Part shown: piece after piece, positions 38,560 through 51,123 of the stretch
Position numbering within the stretch: position 1 is the stretch's first letter
Layout of the letters: each line of letters opens with the position of its first letter
Source: Mytilus californianus
Taxonomy: Eukaryota
Length of the DNA: 64,000 nucleotides
Reading direction: 5' to 3'
Assembly: GCF_021869535.1 (NCBI RefSeq)
Contig: NW_026262701.1
Coordinates: 1,178,001 to 1,242,000 of the forward strand
The notes under the pieces: generated by a model
What the model was told of the DNA's origin: nothing
Seen by the model: only the letters and a program-made list of their open reading frames with translations
The model's database searches: none
Position numbers and translations under genes: made by a program

Positions 38560-39000
38560 CGATGACGGTTCACGAGGTAAACAACATCTACTATTGCTTA
38601 TATTTGAAGATTACGTCATTGATGATTGATAAAATGTGACTGTCTATTTAATAAGTGTTGATTTAAATATAACTATCCTGAAGTAAAAATTAGGTTATCT
38701 GGAAACCTACAAGTTCGGCAAACTAAAAATCTTTAAAAATAAAAAAGAGATAAAATAAGTAATGTAACAACAAACTTTTAAAGAAATAATTACACAATAT
38801 TGAGCGTTTGATAAAGTATCAAGTTGCTGTTTCCTTCACATTTGAGTTTAACACAATATGACAGGGATAACCAGTTGAACAAAAAAACTTTAAATTCGGT
38901 CAAAATCTTAAAATTTCTTTTATAAAAAACTTTATAATTTTAATGTTTTGACAAGTGTTGACATGATTAACCCTTTTTAGATAAAACATATTTAATTCAT
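38560..39000 (+). mobile_element. Degenerate copy of the PLE 5' ORF region
   Basis: ggttatctggaaacctacaagttcggcaaa (GYLETYKFGK), attgagcgtttgataaagtatcaag, aaattcggtcaaaatctt. Confidence 0.5.
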
Positions 39001-39114
39001 GTCACTGAAAATATTTCAATTGTGTTGTTGGTCAAATTTATGATTGGATAAAACATAGCATTTAAGTTTTTTCAACTCACAAATTATAAGTAAAAGTATT
39101 TCAGTTATGATGGA

Positions 39115-39620
39115 ATATAGGATGGAAACGGGGAATGTGTCAAAGAGACAACAACCCGAACAGAGAGTAGAAAAAAAGCCCAAGGTCACCAATGGGTCTT
39201 CAACAAAGCGAGAAAATTCAGCACCTGGAGGCGTGCTTCAGTTGGCATCCAAACACTAATGTATACTAGTTCAGCGAAATGTACGCCACACTAAACTGCA
39301 AAATATACAAATGAACTAAAAATTTAAAAACACACAAGACTAACAAAGGCTAGAGGTTCCTGTATTGGAAAAGGCGCAACACTGCTGCGGGATTAAAAAC
39401 GGTTTTGTGAGTTCTCAACCCTCCCTTTTACCTCTAGTCAATGTGGAATAAACAAACACACAGAATACGCACAAAAAACTCAATTTAAAGAAGTCCGAGT
39501 TCGATGTAAGAATAGGTAACAGACAAAACTAAGAAAAACGAAAATGATCAACATAAATTAACAAAATACTTCTAGCAGTTAGTGACATACCAGCTCCAAA
39601 CCTCATTTATACTGATATAT
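39115..39620 (+). repeat. Mytilid interspersed repeat
   Basis: Same family as 36805-37200. Confidence 0.7.
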
Positions 39621-40109
39621 CCTCATCACATAATAATCAACCACAATCCATTCTGTTAGGATTTTAGTACAATACCATCATAGATTCTACGAGAAGAACA
39701 TAAGCCGTATCGAGCTAACAATTTATTTTTGAATAAATGTGTCTACTTCCTATGCAAACCAAATAGTATTACATCCAGTATTTATGAATTTAAATTGCTT
39801 GTTTTCTTTTTGATAATGCCATTGTTAATCGTCAAATAAATGTCGGTATGAAAATCTTTAGTAATTTCTAGAGAATTTTGCGGTCGTAACCTGTATGAAA
39901 GTTTAATTTGAGCATGGAAAATCTAACGAATTTGGCTATTTTTTTCTGTTCTTCTTAGTTAAAATAGCTCATAAGGGTTCTATGTATTTCTACACCCCTG
40001 GTATGACATTTATATCTCTGTGGAAAAGAGTTATTTTCATTTACTAGCATCGAGTCGATATTACTGCCTGTGGATGACTATAAGTAAGCCTTGGTTTCAG
40101 CAAATTAGT

Positions 40110-40470
40110 AGTCAGTACTCGGAAAGGTGTGCAGATCCTGCTCCACATGTAACACCCATCGTGTTGTTTATGTAAGTACAAACCTGGTGATAAGTCTATT
40201 CCGTAGGTCACATTCGAAGAAAGAGTACGGATTTGTGGTTACGACAATTGTTACCCCCGCTTTAGATGGGGTTCGTGTTGCTCAGTCTTTAGTTTTCTAT
40301 GTTGTGTTCTGTGTATTGTTGATTGTCTTTTCGTCGTTGTTCGTTTTTCATTTCATACCGGTGTCAGTTTGTTATCGATAAATGAGTTTGAATATCACTT
40401 TGGTATCTTTCGCCATCGTCATCTGTGAAATATATATTACATAACAGTCATCCAACTTGTTATGGCGTTT
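40110..40470. repeat. PLE 3'-end-derived repeat pieces
   Basis: gcagatcctgctccacatg...ggtcacattcg; ggggttcgtgttgctcagtctttag. Confidence 0.6.
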
Positions 40471-41114
40471 GTTAAATTTTAGAACTTATAAACAAAAGAC
40501 AAACATATTAATGACAATAAAAGGTCCTTTAAAAAGGTTAGTCATCCTGCTGTTTATTTCATCCTAGTTCATACATGTCTTAACACTAAGCCTATGAAAT
40601 TGATTACCTGGTAATCTGAAGTTTTCTTCACATCAAATGTAAGTATTTGATGCAGCTTAGAGACAAATTTCAAATTCAAAGCAGGTGTTTTCGAGTGAAC
40701 ACAAATTATTGGCATTATAATACACATCATCTAAAGAGGTATTTCTTAAACTTTAATAGGTCAGAGGAAAAAAGGACGGAATATCAGTAACAACAATTGG
40801 AACATATACATATAGGTCAACCAACTATTGATGGCATCTGTAAAAGTACAAGTGTCCATTCAAAAGTATCCTTTTTTGATTTTGCAATATACGATTATTA
40901 TTGTACAACTAGATCTGGGAACACTTCCGATAGTTTAAGTTTTTTTGTTTTTCCCTCTTACACATGCCTGAATCAGTTAATACCGTTTTATTTATGTATT
41001 TATACAATATCAAGATTACTAGAAATAGAACGTTTCTTGGGTTTTTCAGCAAATGATGTAGCATACATGTTTTTTCTTCAGTTCTTGAAATAATCATGCT
41101 TTTCAACTTCGTTC

Positions 41115-41758
41115 TTTTTAGCTTATGCCATCACTTGGCGTCAGTCGTCGTCCGTTGTCTGTCGTCGTCTGTCGTCGTCTGTCGTCGTAAACTATTTCAA
41201 AAATCTTCTTCTCTGAAACTACTGGGCCAAATACCTTCAAACTTTAACTAAATGTTTCTTAGGGTATCTAGTTTATAAATTGTATCCGAAGTTTTGATCC
41301 ATCGACAAACATGGCCACCATGGCTAAAAATATAACATAGGGGTCAAACGCAGTTTTTGGCTTATATCTTAAAAACTAAAGCTTTTAAAGCAAATCTGAC
41401 TGGGCTAAAATTGTTCAATTGGTCAAGATCTATCAGCCCTGAAATTTTCAGACGAATCGAACAATCCATTGTTGGGTTGCTGCCACTTAATTGGTAGTTT
41501 TAAGGAAATTTTGCTGTTTTTTTGTTATCTTGAATATTATTATAGATAGATATAAACTGTAAACAGCAATAATGATCAGCAAAGTAAGATCTACAAAAAA
41601 GTTTATAAGACCATAATTGTCAATTGACCCCTTAAGGAGTTATTGCCCTTTAAAGAAAATTTTACACAATTTGTTCATCAAGTTTGCTTACATTTAAAAA
41701 TCTTCTTCTCTGAAATACAGGTCAGCGATTCAGGCTCTTGAGAACCTCTTGTTTTTTT
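41115..41758 (+). mobile_element. Helentron-associated HINE/DINE-like element with (GTC/GTCT)n microsatellite and 3' hairpin
   Basis: tttttagct..catcacttggcgtcagtcgtcgtccgttgtctgtcgtcg...; repeated aaaatcttcttctctgaaa; ends caggtcagcgattcaggctcttgagaacctcttgt(t)n. Confidence 0.75.
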
Positions 41759-41787
41759 GCCTTTTAAGTTTTTTGATTCGAGCGTCA

Positions 41788-41826
41788 CTGATGAGTCTTT
41801 TGTAGACGAACCGCGCTCGTGGCGTA
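41788..41826 (+). ncRNA. Minimal type-I hammerhead ribozyme motif (core GAAA mutated to GAAC)
   Basis: CTGATGA-GTC-ttttgta-GAC-GAAC-CGC-gctcgtg-GCG-TA. Confidence 0.75.
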
Positions 41827-41978
41827 CACAATTTTATCCTGGTATATATGATGACTTATCGCACCTCGGATAAATTCTAACGTTAGTAGATTTCATATGG
41901 GGTTCATGATGTCACATTTACTATTAATGGTGACGTCATCGATTAATGTTTTTGTAAATCATTGCTTATTTTTATATA

Positions 41979-43602
41979 CAGTTTGCCAAAAGTTAATCAC
42001 CACCTATTTTCATTGCATCGAAATGTTTTTCATTTTAAAAAAGTCAGTTATTCCTCAAAAAAACATTCAAGTAGCAATTTTGCTAACATATACCATAAAC
42101 AAACCATAAATTAGGTTTGGTCAATTATGCAGGTTCTATGCATTTAAATTTTGCGTTCATAGAAATAGTGCAAATTACACAGAAACGGATTTTAAGTTTC
42201 ACTGTGATTTTTTTTTTACAACAATTAATCACCCAACATCATTAAAATTCTCTACAAATAATCTTTGGGATGTTCGTAAATTTAATGTCAATATTTGAGT
42301 CAATAGGATGTGTAACCACCTCTCTTCCGGTACAGTTCCATAACACGGCGTCTCATACTCTGTACAAGCCTTCTGAACTTTACTTTAGTTGAGGAAATCT
42401 ATTCCATTCATCAACAATTGCCACTCTTAATTCGCAAAGATTTTGCAAAGGTGGATCTCTGATTGAGATTTCTGCCAATGGCATCCCAGACATGTTCGAT
42501 AGGGTTCATGTCTGGAGACATGGAAGGCCAAAAGATAGTGTCGAAGGCTTCTTGCTCTTTGTACTCGGTTACAATCCTTGCCTTGTGTGGTCTAGCATTG
42601 TCGTCCATGTACAAGGGTCTTGACGCAAGTGGGTGATTATCAAAATGAGGGACTACAATGTTTCTATGCACCAAATCCCTGTATGTCTGTCCGTTCATGT
42701 TACCCTGCAGAGTATGCATACCCAGCTTACAACGATATGAGAAGCATCCCCATACTGTAACACCACAAGCACCGAATGCAGTCGTTGGGAAAATGTTGTT
42801 TTGGTCATAGGCAGTTTTATTTTCCCACCAAACTCGTATTCCGCGTCTACTGGTCGTAGCAGAAACCGACTCTCATCGTACCAATGAATTTTTTGCCAGC
42901 TTCTCATGTTCCAGCGACGATGGTCATTAGCCCATTGAAACCTAATTATACGGTGCCTGGCTGTGAGGGCAGGTCTCTTGACAACACGACGTGCTCTTAA
43001 GTTGCCTCTATGAAGTCGACGGACCAATGTTCGAACACTAACACGACCACCTGGAGGCCAGTGGTGTCTAAGCTGCGGGACAGGAGTAAATAGGTTGGCT
43101 TTAGAACGACGAATAAGCAGTCTGTCATCACGAAGGGTAGTTAAACGGGGTCTTCCGGACCTTGGTCTATTATTTACAGTTCCTGTGTCAACATGATGTT
43201 GTAAAAGTCTGACAATGACGGTATGATTAACATTGAAATGGTTACCCAAGCTCCTAGTACTCCTACCGGCATTTGACATGCCAATTCCTTGCCAAAGTTC
43301 AGCCACAGATAACGTACGCCTTGCCATATTATACAATGACTTGATGAAAGTGAAGTTTCACCTGTACGCGGGACAATAGGAGATGATTTAAAGGTATCGA
43401 AACAGTGTATTTGTAAAAGTGCAGATGACCTTTAATAAAAAGTTGCTTGAAGGGTTTATCGGAGTTCAATCTTTTTGGTCGTAATGCATTTTCTTAGTGT
43501 ATGTTAAAGGCAATTCATAATATCAAACATTAATAATTTTTCGCAATAGTTAAAAAAATATTGCCATTTATATTTAGGTGGTGCGTAACTTTTGGCGGAC
43601 TG
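41979..43602 (-). mobile_element. Tc1-family DNA transposon (DD34E), 1624 bp, TA TSD, transposase frameshifted
   Basis: TIRs ta|cagtttgccaaaagttaatcaccaccta and ta|cagtccgccaaaagttacgcaccaccta; PRSGRPR, WYDESRF, DDNARPH...34 aa...SPDMNPIE; frameshift near 42845. Confidence 0.95.
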
Positions 43603-43645
43603 TATATATAACATTACAAGAAAAGTCCCGTGTACGATAAATTCT

Positions 43646-43784
43646 TTATACGGTTCACTACTGACCCCCTGCGGCTCCATAGAGGATTAGTAAAATCCAT
43701 AGGAGATTCGGCCTTCGGCCTCATCCCCTATTGATTTTACTTACCCTCTATGAATTCGTAGTGGTTCAGTAGCAAACCATATAA
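43646..43784. mobile_element. Palindromic foldback MITE (~58 bp imperfect arms around a ggccttcggcc hairpin)
   Basis: ttatacggttcactactga...gtaaaatccatagg / cctattgattttac...tcagtagcaaaccatataa. Confidence 0.7.
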
Positions 43785-44099
43785 CTTATATTTACACACT
43801 ACTACTAACAATGATAAATAAAAATAACAAATAGGGAAATCTTATTCCAACGATGTGATTTATATACACAGAATATTTTTAACATAATTGAACATTTGTA
43901 ACATATGCCGTTTTTTTCTTGGTTATGTCTGTTAGGAAATAATTCGTTAAAAAATAGTCTGTAGCCACACACGTGTGATTTATTCCGTTCAAAAATATGT
44001 TAGAAACAAAGGTTACCATTGTTATATAATATAATGATATAGAAGACCATGCATAAATGTTCAGCAAATGAGAAAATTAGTGAAAGAAATAAAAAATAC

Positions 44100-44650
44100 A
44101 ATTGAAAATCTTTTCACACATCTCAATAATAAGCTTTGTCTACAACAATGAGACAACGTTCCTCCAAAGTTCAAATGAAGTAGATGTTAGCAATTTTAGG
44201 CAACCGTACGCCCTTCAGCAATAAGAAAAAACCATACCGTATATATAGTCGGCTATAAAAGGCCCATCATGAAAAACTAATGGCATAATTTATAACAAAA
44301 TAATTTACGAACAACAAATACCGCGGTATTAGAGACATAAACAAACAACAACAACTGAACTACATGCTTCTGGCTCTGAACAGACACACAGATAGTGTGG
44401 CGGAGTTAAACATGTTAGAAGGCGCCAACCCCCTCATTTACATGAGAAAGGGGTTGAACAGTACAACATAAGAAACAAACAATACAATATAGTTGAAAAG
44501 GGTTTAATTCATCAGATCGAAACAAATCAGAAAAATATCTATCAAAAACACAGACAGGACGTGACTAGGAGTTTATACATCCCTCACAACAAAAAAGACA
44601 CAAAGAACATATCTTCGAGTACTCACAGTTACTGACAGCTAGTCGATCAT
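44100..44650 (+). repeat. Mytilid interspersed repeat
   Basis: caatgagacaac...accgtacgccttca...ctataaaaggccc...aggcgccaacccc; same family at 58620-59470. Confidence 0.6.
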
Positions 44651-44812
44651 ACGGTATATGGGTTCGTAATGAATGTAAACAAACGTGCATACATGAATTA
44701 GTCTAGTATATATGCATGTATTAGGTTAGTAATTTTCTTAACATTATATTTACAAGAAACTTCTTTTATATCGCTTGAACTGGGATCGCACACCATTACA
44801 TTGCAGACTGCA

Positions 44813-44888
44813 TACTGTAAATTCAGAAATTATTGCGATGTTTTTATTATTGCGACAAATGCGCGTATTAATTTCTCAATTTACAGTA
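44813..44888. mobile_element. Very short TA-flanked MITE
   Basis: 20-bp TIR tactgtaaattcagaaatta / taatttctcaatttacagta (1 mismatch). Confidence 0.6.
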
Positions 44889-45994
44889 ATTTATATAATA
44901 TCAATTATTTCATACAGCTAACCAAAACAAGCCAATCTGATGTTTTGACTGTTTAATTTTAATGACCAGCGGAAGAATTAGATACTTTTCTAAAATCCAC
45001 AATGACATTTACAATTTTTTTCTTTACTTGTTTTTATAAATTTTTGATCCATTTTTCATAACTATGTCAATGTGAAAGTAAATGTCAGTTACCATAATGA
45101 TTACAACTTAATAAATTGACAAATAAATCGGCGCTGGTAAACAAAACAAACGTTTGGTTTAATAAAAGTGCAAATGTCCGTTATGTTTACAGCAGAAACG
45201 TCCTTTCATGTTACAGGAGGACAAGCGAAAACGGTCTATGCCAATGAACACATTTATTCAAAGACGACAAATTCATTAATATAATTACATAAATGTTAAT
45301 TCACCATGAAGATAACTCGTTAAATATTTTGGCACAAGTATCAAAAAGCACAGCATAAATATCATTTACATTGATGTACATCTGATAGTGTACAAGATAC
45401 GGGATACTGCTCAAAAGTACTTGAAAATGATCACATATTTATAGGGCTCAAGGAGGATAATTCTTTTAGATCACAAGGTCAGGTTAAGAAACTGCTTCAG
45501 GTCAACAGGTCACTTTAAAGCAAATTTAAGAACGTCTGTTTCGAACAGTTGTAAAGGTCACATGTCACATGACCTCTTAAATGAGAAGTCCAGTAGCAAG
45601 GTCGCCCGCTTAACCCCCAAGGTCACAGGTCGGGGTAAACAATATTGCAGCCACATCAATCTAAAATAGTCCTTGTAGATTAGGTCCATTTGAAAGTAAA
45701 TCTTCCTCAGAAACTAGACGGTTTGACAAACTAACACACAAAAGTTATTCTCAATAGGTATTTTAAAAGTATATTATGGTCAGAAATATTGAGAATGTTG
45801 CAGAAAAGTCAATCTGAAATAGTCAAGCTGAATTTGATACGTATATATAATATGATATATACCAGTTTTAGTTCACAGAACGCCTAACGCATTCGATTCA
45901 AGAATAATTTTATGGACTGTTTACAATTGCTATCGTTATCTCGAATATCGTATAGACTATAGTACATATAAAACATAAAAACAACACGTTATAA

Positions 45995-46190
45995 ATTTTA
46001 TGCGTCCGAAGCGCATTTCTGGATTCACCTTCATCAGGAACGCTCAAAACCGAATATTTAAAAGCCAAGGATGTTTAAAAACCAAAACAGTTGAAGAGCT
46101 ATATGACAAAAAAGGACTTAAAAAATAGCCAAATCCATCTAAGGTCAACTTTGCCTGAGGGAGTTAAAACCTTAGTTTCTTTCTTTATTT
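45995..46190 (-). ncRNA. Hammerhead-like ribozyme motif (46000-46045, minus) within a solo PLE pseudo-LTR
   Basis: Minus: CTGATGA-aGGtgaatCCa-GAAA-TGCG-cttcgga-CGCA-TA; stem II non-canonical; flanks match pLTR remnants at 2440-2740 and 17450-17870. Confidence 0.6.
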
Positions 46191-46713
46191 TTTGTATTTG
46201 TTACACCTTAGCTGGCAATAATAAGATTCGGAAAATGTTATTTTCTGTTAATTTACTGTTGATGAAATGTTAGTATTATTCGAAACACTAAGTGTTTTTT
46301 TAAGGAAAATTTTAACGTTTTTCGTTTTTTGCCATGTCTTTTGAGTTTTGAAAACCACTTTGTATATTCCGCCACTTCTTGAGTTTTTTGAAAGTTGTCA
46401 ATCAACGGAACAAGTGAAAAACAGCTGCCATATTCCTGACTTGGTACAGGATTTTACGAAGAAAACGATGGTTAAAACCTGGTTTTATAGCTAGCTAAAA
46501 CTCCCATACTTGTATGACAGTTGTTTATAGTTCCGTTATTTTAAGAAATGTATGTTATAAATTTTGTCAGTACCGAAGCACTGAATACTAGATTGAAGAA
46601 ACCCTCTGATTGTCGTTTGTTTTTTATTGTTTATTATTATCTAGTATTTTTTTTTTCATTCTTTTATCTTGATTTAAAACTGGTAAGTTTCAAAAAATGT
46701 TATGGATAATTTC

Positions 46714-46930
46714 CTAGTTTTGAATGTTATATGTTGTAACATATGGTAGGATGCCCTCTCCTGTTTTATTATTCATTTTTCTTAATTCCTGAATATCTTT
46801 TCGTTTTTCTCTTTCAATTCCGTTCTTGACTAATTCCTGAGGAAACTGTATCTGCAATAGAACCTTTCTTAGTTCCTCCGATCTTATGTAACGTGTTGCT
46901 GGATTTGAAACTACTGTACACATTATTTTG
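46714..46930 (-). mobile_element. Penelope (canonical type) post-RT fragment
   Basis: CTVVSNPATR..RSEELRKVLLQIQFPQELVKNGIE...ILPYVTTYN. Confidence 0.65.
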
Positions 46931-47914
46931 TCAAGGCTAAAAGGGATGTTTTACCGTGTATGTTTAGGGTGGCATGATATGAATAATAGGTATTGCTTTG
47001 CAAAACCAAAACCTGAGTGAATAGCTTCAATTCCTATCTGTTTAAAACCACACTAGATGCTGAAATGACCAACTTGTGTCTGATTTTGTATGATTTTGTC
47101 TTAACATTCTAAAAAGTTTGAATTATGTCCGAATTTGTCTTAACACTCTTAAATTTTTGATATGCATTGAATTTTCTTAACTCAATATTTTCATTTTGAT
47201 TTTTCTTACGCAATTCTCAACATTCTTATATAACTTTAACATATTTCTAACATTATAACCTTATCTTGATAAATTCTTGACAATCTTAATATGTCTTAAA
47301 ATGTCTTGAACTGTTTGATATATGAAATAAGCTCTTTATAAAACACGAGGTTCACGAATCATTCAATACGGTCCTGTTTTCTGTCATATCTTAAAAATCA
47401 AAGATGGATTTTTATTTCTTGCCGAAAGATGCCTACATATGTTTCTTTCATCGATTTGATGTTTTTCCCGTTTTATTGCATTTCTTGTAATGCCAAATAA
47501 GTGTCATAAATCGTTTTTGGTGGACATTTCCGTAAAAGTTGACAATTTATACTTTGGGCGCCACACACGATCCAAAGAAATATATTTTATTTTATCAATA
47601 TTCATTCATTGGACTTTTTAAATGCATAAAGAAGTATTGGATCGTGGGAAGCAGCCAAAGGGGAAATCGATTTCAAAGGAATTGCCGATATATCCGGAAA
47701 GTGCAGTAAATTAATGTCAGCGCATGCATAGTTATCCATATTTTTGGATTTTTTTTATGAAATGTTTCGCACACAAATTGATATTAAAAGGGTTAATAAA
47801 ACTAAAGAAAACTGAAAGAAATCGATTATTGATGCTAGTAAAAACAAACGTCACTGGAAAAGCAAGTCGCAGACGACCAGCCATATCCAGTCAGAATATT
47901 CACAACAGTAACTT

Positions 47915-48900
47915 GTAAAAAGTAAAATAACAAAAATACCGAACTCTAATGAAAATTCAAAACGGAAAGTCCGTTATCAAATGGCAAAATCAAAACCTCA
48001 AACACATTTCCTGACTTGTTAAAGGCAATTGCTTATGTAGAAAATGGTGGATTAAACCTGGTTGTATAGCTAGCTTAACCTCTCACTTGTATGAAAGTCG
48101 CGTAAAATTCCATTATATTGCAACAATGTGTGAAGAAAAAAAAACCGGACAGTTCCCATATCACAAACTCGTCAAGACATTTACCTAATTTTATCATCGG
48201 TACAAGGACATCATTTGTAAATATAAATCAACGTGCATGTATCTTACATGTATTTTTACGTTCAGGTATTTCACACCCCATCTTTTATGGTAATATGCTA
48301 TACAAAGCACAAAAATGTCGTAATTCACCTCAAAAGCCCATCAAATCTTTAAAAAGATTTTTTCAGATGGGATTACGATACTGTTGTTTGGTCATTAAAG
48401 ATGGCATTTTTTTGGAATTATTATTGATTGACTCAGAGTCGCAAATAAACACATTTATTCTTAAACCAGTTGTTTGCATGATGCGAGGTATGTTCTCCTC
48501 GTAAATTTTATGATGCTATGATACTTAATCACTAACGGGAGGGATTATGCTTCATTTTCATATGATGAAGACATAATCTTTCAATCAGTTAAATTAAGGT
48601 CTTGAGCTGGCATGTCTGTAACTGGTAGTAGTCCTTGTTAATTTGTGTTGATCGTTGTCATTTTGCTAAGTTTCTTCTGTTACCTATTCTAACATTGGAA
48701 TCGGACTTCTTTTAAAACTGAGTTTTACTGTGCTTATTGCTGTGTTTGTTTATTCCACATTGGCTAGAGGTATAGGAGGAAGATTGAGATCTCACAAAAC
48801 ATGTTAAACCCCGCCGCATTTTTACGCCTTGCTCAAGTCAGGAGCCTCTGGAATTGTTAGTTTTGTATTTTGTTAAAAATTTTGGTTCATTTACATGCTT
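47915..48900. repeat. Composite of mytilid repeat, PLE RT C-terminal remnant (48170-48420, +) and 3' repeats
   Basis: RSGISHPIFYGNMLYKAQKC in ORF 48118-48504; 3' part shared with 61050-61490. Confidence 0.6.
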
Positions 48901-50569
48901 AAGTGTGACGTCCATTTTTGCTAATCTAGTATACATTATTGTCTAAGGGCCAGCTGAGGCACGCCTCCGGGTGCGGGATTTCCTTGTATTGAAGACCAAT
49001 TGGTGGCTTTGGGCTGTTTTCTGCTCTTTGGTCGGGTTGTTGTCTCTTTGACACTTTCCGAGTTTCAATTCTCAATTTTATAATAGGTAAAAATGTCAAA
49101 AATTGGGGTACAGCAGTCAACATTATGTATAATCTTAATTGTTATATCAACAAACAACTTTGTCAACAAAGATAAACAAAATGGCATATAGACACTCTGT
49201 AGCTATAGACAAAGCACACAAGCAAAAATTAAAGACAAGATGTACAAAAACCAAGCCACACTAAAAGGATAATACCGAAAATGGACTAAACAGTTAAGGT
49301 TAATAATATACAAACACAAATAAAAAACACTATAAAACGTGATTAAGAGGATTAACAACGTCAGTACCTGTAATCTATACTTCAAAAACATCATGTACTA
49401 TTTGTGATGTTGATACGGAATATTTATCAACAAGGTCTTGGTATCTTCCGACGAACCTTTTTTTTTTTTTAGAAAAAGAACTATTTGATTAACATGTGAT
49501 CAATATCGGAAGGAACAAACAAGTAAAAGGAATATGAAGTAAGTACATATGTTGAAAAAATGATAAGAATAACGACAGTTTATAAAAGATGGTTCTTGAT
49601 ATGCCCTGTCATTTAGTTAGTCAGCATCCCTCACAAAGCTTTGAACGGGAATGAAAACTCGTTGAATTTAAGTTACTTTCCTATTTACAGCAGAACAAAT
49701 ATGAATATAGTTTTAAATAAGCTCTTTTAAATTAAATGAATAATGGATTTTTTTTCAAATTGCAACTCTCCGAACAAGAGAAATGAAAAACGGACAAAGG
49801 TTTGCTACATTTTGCGGTCAAGAGATGATGAGTCCTGTTATAAAAACCGTACACGAAATACTAATTCCTTGAAAACAACTCGACAGAAATCAAACTAAAC
49901 TTTCAAAGGTTTTACAGGATATAAAGTTGAAAACCTGCTATTCTATTTATGATTTAAGTGATTTTTTGGGGTTCCCAGAACAAAAACAGGGACTTTCCAA
50001 TTTATTCTTAATCTTCTGTTTCTAAATTCCACCAAATTTGCCTACATGCATCTACATTAAATTTATATGTCGAAAGTATCTTTTTTGTCATCGTAAGACA
50101 CAATCACGGTCACTTACAGAATGATATATTATAACTATTAGTCTTTCATAATTGAATCAGAGAAAATAAGAGTGGTATATTTGATTCATATCCGTCACTT
50201 ATGTTATAACAGTGGTCGAACAATTTACAAACAATTGATATTTTCTTTTTTTCTATTCCAAAAATGTCGATATGTATCTTTTTACCCTGATTAAAATTAA
50301 TATTTACGATAAAAATATAATATTTTTTATTGACACAGTAACTTATCGTGGAAACCAATATCAACACGCCTGTCTGTCCGTTTGCCAGCATATATATTTT
50401 TGATAATTTGTCAATTTTGATTTCGTCTATTTGGGGCGTTGTGTAATTTCAATTCATCGTTATGTAATCATGCTGTTCCATTTTTGTTTTCGAATGCCGG
50501 GCAGTGTTCCGAAAAGGTACCATTGTTGTTAATTTAGAAAGAAAACCAAACCAAATGACAGAAAGAAAT

Positions 50570-51123
50570 GCACATTAGCAGAAATAAGGAAAAGCTTGAT
50601 AAGGAAATTCATGCTAGACGCATCACCGTATGACACTATGTGTAACAGGTATCGACATCTTTATTTTAGGGCCACGGAGAAAACATTTACGCGTAAAGAT
50701 GTAATTAGCGCAGTCATCAAGGTACTCTTGAGAATCAAGCTATTCTTGTTCTGAATAGGACTTATATTTACATAAAAAAGTAACAATTTTAGCTTTCAAA
50801 GAATGTCGTTTAGCTTACACAAGGGAGACTACTACTGTGGTTGTGACAACATATGGATACTTTTTGACAATTTGTGGACCGTATTTTACTGATGCAAAAA
50901 ATAACGATGCATCAATTTCAAATCATATATGCTTAAATCGAACATAGAGGACATCAAGGCATGATAGAAAAAGATAATGTATTTGTGATATATAGAAGAT
51001 TTTGTGACTCAATTGAAGCCCTAGAAGAGCTTGGCATCCAGGCAGAAATGCCACACTTCATGAAGAAAGGGGAAAAACATATGACAAATGAGGATGTAAA
51101 TGACAGTATATTAGTTACCAAGG
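50570..51123 (+). pseudogene. Second PIF/Harbinger-ISL2EU-type transposase fragment
   Basis: QAILVLNRTYIYI..SNNFSFQRMSFSLHKGR; GPYFTDAKNNDASI; DNVFVIYRRFCDSIEALEELGIQAEMPHFMKKGEKHMTNEDVNDSILVTKV, homologous to 12600-13100. Confidence 0.75.

Noticed and set aside
40797-41106. ORFs 40797-41093 (+) and 40909-41106 (-) as host exons
   Set aside because: No recognisable domain or convincing splice context; the most protein-like minus frame (KLKLSEVFPDLVVQ) is riddled with stops.
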